Shown piece after piece: positions 58,425-64,000 of a stretch of 64,000 bases of DNA. The notes under the pieces were generated by a model. It made no database searches. It was not told where the DNA came from and was given only the letters and a program-made list of their open reading frames with translations. Made by a program: the position numbers and the translations under genes. The DNA is from Eledone cirrhosa (Eukaryota), in the NCBI GenBank assembly GCA_964016885.1, contig OZ024757.1, forward strand, positions 16,120,001 to 16,184,000, read 5' to 3'. Within the stretch, counting starts at the first letter, position 1, and every line of letters starts with the position of its first letter.

Positions 58425-58525
58425 TAATTGCCTAATGCTGTTTATTACATAACTATATTAAGCTCAGTTACCTACATAGAGCAGTCTTTTTTCCTGGACT
58501 TTTCCGACGGAATTACTTCATTTAA

Positions 58526-58571
<46 letters not shown>

Positions 58572-58921
58572 TAAGTAGGATCAAAATCACAGCATATATA
58601 TAAAGATCATTGGCATCTTACAATCGATTTAATATCTATCATCTCAGGGTACAATCATAATGACCAGACACCGGCTTTCAGATGACTGAGTTTATATGTG
58701 CAAAGACACTTCCAAATGATCACTATTGAGACGATTGTAATAAAGTTAATATTTTGTATGAGCTGTAACAATGAATTCGATCCGACTTACTTTATTTAAA
58801 CTTTCACACTACAGCTGCCTTAAATCTGGAATACAACCCAACACGAGATAGACCTTGTAACAGCATCGAGTGCTTGGATGGCAAACCACTTCTAACTGTA
58901 GTTACACACTTACCTAACAGC

Positions 58922-58956
<35 letters not shown>

Positions 58957-59134
58957 GTGTATATATATATATGTGTGTGTGTGTTTGTGTGTGTAAAAGG
59001 TAAACAGAAAAAACAACACAATCGGTACAGTATATGGAAGGAATATATTAGTTTGAAGCTTGAAATTGCAGGAAAAGAGTCATATATAAAAATCATCAAA
59101 ATGGATGCAATAAAAACCTATTATACCATTACTC

Positions 59135-59272
59135 ATCAAAGTACTCGATACTTGAGGTAGTATGGTAATATGAAAAAATTGGCACCTCGACGGCTGAGCT
59201 CCTGCTGTTTCGACAGCTAGTTCGGAACTAGCTGTTGAAACGACAAGATCTCAGCCGTCGGTGTCACGACAC

Positions 59273-59280
<8 letters not shown>
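59135..59280 (-). mobile_element. Degenerate family A fold-back
   Basis: cgacggctgag..tttcgacagctagttc / gaactagctgttgaaac..ctcagccgtcg. Confidence 0.7.
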
Positions 59281-59319
<39 letters not shown>

Positions 59320-59419
59320 TATTGAACGAACGAATAAGGACGTTTCTTGTATTCGTCTTATTCGGGAAACCTCTGGTAATGAGGTAATTATATTGTATTG
59401 TTTATTATACATAATTATA

Positions 59420-59603
59420 TCGGTGAATTGGCAGTATCGATAGAGGGTTGGACGCCATGCTTTCTAGCATAGTTACGTTCCTTTACAGTCTGAGTTCAAA
59501 TCCCGCTGAGGTTAACTTTGCCTTTCATCCTTTACGGGGTCGATAAAATAAAGTACCAGTAATGTACTGGGTAATTTCTGGCCTTGTGCCTAAAGTAGAA
59601 ACA
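59420..59603 (+). mobile_element. SINE S1
   Basis: Match to the S1 consensus. Confidence 0.85.
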
Positions 59604-59605
59604 TA

Positions 59606-59644
<39 letters not shown>

Positions 59645-59954
59645 GCACGGACACATACATATATATTTATATACATATATATATGTGTGTGTCTCTGTGT
59701 GTGTGTATGTAAAGAGAGAGAGAGAGAGATAGAGAGATTTCATTAGCTGCTACGGTTTATTTAGTATCTATTAGAGAGAGTAACTTTATATCTTTGCGCC
59801 AATGGCTATCTTATATTTCTGAAACACTTCACTAAACCCTACTTCATGTTCATTCAGCTTCGTAAACATCCAATTGCACACGGTAAATAGTTTACACATA
59901 TATATACAAACATAGTGATTAACCACAAACAAAAACACAATTATGTGTATGTGG

Positions 59955-59998
<44 letters not shown>

Positions 59999-60003
<5 letters not shown>

Positions 60004-60192
60004 AGTAAGTAAGACCCCGACGGCTGAGCTCAAGCCGTTTCGACGGCTAATTCTGTACAGAATTAGCCGTCGAAACGGCTTGAGCTCAGCCGTCGGGGTC
60101 TTACTTACTCCTATTGCCCACTCTACTACCCTAAGTATTGAGTACTTCGGTGCGTTATGGCCCACCTGGTTCCTTACCACTTTTCCTTCGCT
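59999..60192 (+). mobile_element. Family A: perfect spacer-less palindrome (59999-60114) plus 3' tail, within (TA)n
   Basis: Axis ctgt|acag at 60056/60057. Confidence 0.9.
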
Positions 60193-60527
60193 ATATATAT
60201 ATATATATATATATAAGTCGTTTGGAAGCCTCGACAATGCAAATGGGTAAAGCTCCGGGTAACAAGGTCCGGTGGTGGAGAGAGAGATGTAAGTGGGTGT
60301 ACGTTGAGATGCGTGGTGTGTATAAGATGTGTGAGATGTGTAGAATGAAGGGAAGAGTATAAAGGATAAAAATAATAATAACAACACAAGAGAGAGTTAC
60401 CTTGGGAGAGATTTAATAGTCCCTATATATTTCGGATTCACATCCATCAACTGGGGGGTTTTTCCGGGGTGGGGGAAATGGTTGTCTGTCGGACAAGTCC
60501 GGAAGGCATCTTTCGCTGTTTGCTGAT

Positions 60528-60568
<41 letters not shown>

Positions 60569-60665
60569 CATACACACACATATATACACACAGACATATA
60601 TATATATACTCACACACTCACATATCTACATATACATATAAACACACACATATATGTGTGTGTGT

Positions 60666-60935
60666 GGAGGTACGTGGCCTAGTGGTAAGGGTGTTGGACT
60701 TACGATCATAATGTCGTGGATTCGATTCTTGGGTTGTGTGTTCTGTTCTTGAGAAAAACACTTCATTTCACGTTGCTCCAGTATACTCAACTGAAAATGA
60801 ATACCAGCAATAGCTGGGGGTTTAGCCCTGCAATTGACTGGCGTCCTGTCCAGGGGGGGAATCTTGTACTCTTAGTCGCTTCACACCATGAAACCGAGAT
60901 AATCAGCGGTCAAATGAGCCTTCTGTCTTAAGACA
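60666..60935 (+). mobile_element. Full-length SINE S2
   Basis: ggaggtacgtggcctagtggtaag (A box), gattcgattc (B box), CORE-like region, ccctgcaattgactggcgtcctgtccaggggg. Confidence 0.85.
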
Positions 60936-60969
60936 GACTCTAGACATATATATATATATATATATATAA

Positions 60970-61295
60970 CTGTTTCTACTTTTGCCACAAGGCCAGCAAT
61001 TATCCCAGTGTATTACTGGTACTTTATTTTATCGACCCCGTAAGGATGTAAAGCAAAGTTAACCTCGGTGGGATTTGAACTCAGAATAATATTATGATTA
61101 TGGCGGTGGATTGGCTCTGATCGATAGAGGGTCGGACGCCATGCTTTGACGCATAGAGATACGGCCCTTGCCATTCTGAGTTCAAATCCCGCCGAGGTTA
61201 ACTTTGCCTTTCATCCTTACGTGGTCGATAAAATAAAGTACCAGTAATACACTGGGTTATTGCTGGCCTTGTGCCAAAAGTAGAAACAATTATAA
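60970..61295. mobile_element. Inverted pair of SINE S1 (minus 60970-61086, plus 61102-61295)
   Basis: Match to the S1 consensus on opposite strands. Confidence 0.85.
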
Positions 61296-61349
61296 TATTA
61301 TTATTATTAATATTCTGCCCGTTTGCAAGCCTCATAACGCCATACACCT

Positions 61350-61426
61350 CTGAAGTGTACACCGGGTGGTTAGCCTGAAGTGTACACCGGGTGGTTAGCC
61401 TGAAGTGTACATCGGGTGGTTAGCCT
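61350..61426. repeat. 25-bp tandem repeat, 3 copies
   Basis: ctgaagtgtacaccgggtggttagc. Confidence 0.9.
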
Positions 61427-61549
61427 AATTTGCACACCGAGCGATTTTACAGCGAGACACAGCTGTAGAATATTCAAAGAAGGACATGTATTTATTATAC
61501 ATAAATATACCATGTATGCCTTCATATATACATGTTAATACCACTGCTA

Positions 61550-61616
<67 letters not shown>

Positions 61617-61689
61617 GATGGCTTCCAAAAACAATGGTTGCATTTTAATAGGGTACGTCAAAGCTTATTTGTAAAACTGTTATATATTG

Positions 61690-61754
61690 TATTTTGTCTG
61701 ATGAAGGCATACCATAATTTAATCTGGTATCCCTGAAATATGTATAATGAAATA
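61690..61754 (+). ncRNA. Minimal type-I hammerhead ribozyme
   Basis: tattttgt CTGATGA aggc-atacca..tggtat-ccct GAAA tatgta TA atgaaata; predicted cleavage after 61746. Confidence 0.85.
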
Positions 61755-61793
61755 AATATGGTTTTATAAATATAGTTTCCATTTATTAATATC

Positions 61794-61827
<34 letters not shown>

Positions 61828-61953
61828 TACGCTATTGCGGGTTGAATCGGAGGTAACCACAGTAAGTAAGGTACTCAATACATAGCAGAGTATAAAAGTT
61901 TTAATATAGATGAGATTCTACAGAACTAGAACTGTTTCATTCTTTATGATTTC

Positions 61954-62000
61954 ATTCCTGATGATTTCTAAAGAATGAAACAGTTCTAGTCCTGTAGAAT
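61954..62000 (+). ncRNA. Type-I hammerhead inside a fold-back (61897-62018)
   Basis: attc CTGATGA tttctaaagaat GAAA cag-ttctagtc-ctg TA gaat. Confidence 0.75.
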
Positions 62001-62091
62001 ATCATCTATATTAAAACTATATATATATATATATATATAAAGGAAATGAATACAAAGAGTTTAAAACCGTTAAAACATGTTTATAGAATTG

Positions 62092-62134
62092 TGCACCTAC
62101 GTACGTTTCGCCCTCAGCGGGCTTATCAAGGGCA
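62092..62134 (-). ncRNA. Decayed minimal HHR (core TTGATAA)
   Basis: Minus strand: tgccc TTGATAA gccc-gctga-gggc GAAA cgtacg TA ggtgca. Confidence 0.55.
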
Positions 62135-62199
62135 TGGAAAGCAAAATAATGTTCAATATAGGACCCAGGAGGGAATTTACGGTTAAATTAACATCATCG

Positions 62200-62259
<60 letters not shown>

Positions 62260-62263
<4 letters not shown>

Positions 62264-62383
62264 AAGGTCGACCATAACGCACCAGAGTACTCGATACTTA
62301 GGGTAGTAGAGTGGGTAATAGGAAAAGGGTCCAGAAATAGCCGTCGAAACGGCTTGAACTGCCGTCGGGGTGATGATTCTTTT

Positions 62384-62387
<4 letters not shown>
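62260..62387 (-). mobile_element. Internally deleted family A copy
   Basis: gaccataacgcaccagagtactcgatacttagggtagtagagtggg...gccgtcgaaacggc. Confidence 0.7.
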
Positions 62388-62423
<36 letters not shown>

Positions 62424-63187
62424 AGAGAGAGAGATACATATACACACACATATATATATATATACATACAGACACACACGTATATTATATATATATTATA
62501 TATATATATATATATCAAAATAGAAAGATGTATGTGGAAACATTTAGTGTATGTATGTATGTATGTGCGGGCACGCGCATATGCATTTATGTGCGTGTTT
62601 TTCTGTGTATGTGTGTGTATATGTGTGCGTGTACCTGAGTGTGTGTCACTGCAGGTCATACAGATCAATAGTATGAGCCAGTTAAGACTTTTTAATAAAT
62701 CTATTCATCATGATCCTCGTGATAAATCAATACCGCATTCAATCCCCCTCCCTCTCTCTCCACGTCGCCATCACCCTCACCATTTCATCGTTGTTCCCTT
62801 TTTCAGCTGATCAATCAAACACTGCCTCAATGAATTTCTTCAATATTGAACAGATTCAGACATCGTTATAATTACACACTTCATTAAACACCTGCGATCA
62901 ACCACGTGACTCCTTGTTAATTATGTGCATTGATTACACTAATTAGTAACAGCAATAAATTGAATATTATAATTGTTTAGGACGATGCCATGGCTGGCTG
63001 GTTACAGAGGTTTGCTACGGAATCGTAACTCTTAAATGAGTCGCAGAGGAGCAGGTGAGAGACGTATATCTCCTGCTCTGACTATATAGATGATTCCTTC
63101 CAAAAACATTACTCTCATCATCATCATCTCCACCAGCACCACCACCGCCATCATCATTGAGAGAAAAAGAGGTAGATATTGTAGTTA

Positions 63188-64000
<813 letters not shown>

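Noticed and set aside
60421-60458. HHR-like ggat/atcc-GAAA-tatata-ggg on the minus strand (also ~35520 plus, ~23080 minus)
   Set aside because: Core or stems too degenerate to call
62981-63054. Exon-like segment (tttag|...CAG|gtgaga)
   Set aside because: Stops in all three frames; no other support

Overview
Repeat-dominated, AT-rich eukaryotic intronic or intergenic DNA, most likely from an octopod cephalopod (inferred from SINE types and very high (TA)n/(CA)n/(GAT)n content). No intact protein-coding gene is supportable; almost all long ORFs are microsatellite or minisatellite translation artefacts. Recognisable content: two tRNA-derived SINE families, a decayed mariner, two TcMar MITEs, RTE and CRE-like LINE fragments, and several satellites, including a 122-bp array and a 48-bp array with TGACGTCA in nearly every unit. 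The main signal is a dense set of type-I hammerhead ribozyme (HHR) motifs: about 8 with intact cores plus many decayed or half copies, from at least 8 unrelated sequence families. They lie in short elements inserted in (TA)n tracts, often as fold-back palindromes whose axis is inside the ribozyme. This fits Penelope-like element (PLE) termini or non-autonomous derivatives. All folds were done by eye, and most repeat boundaries are approximate.
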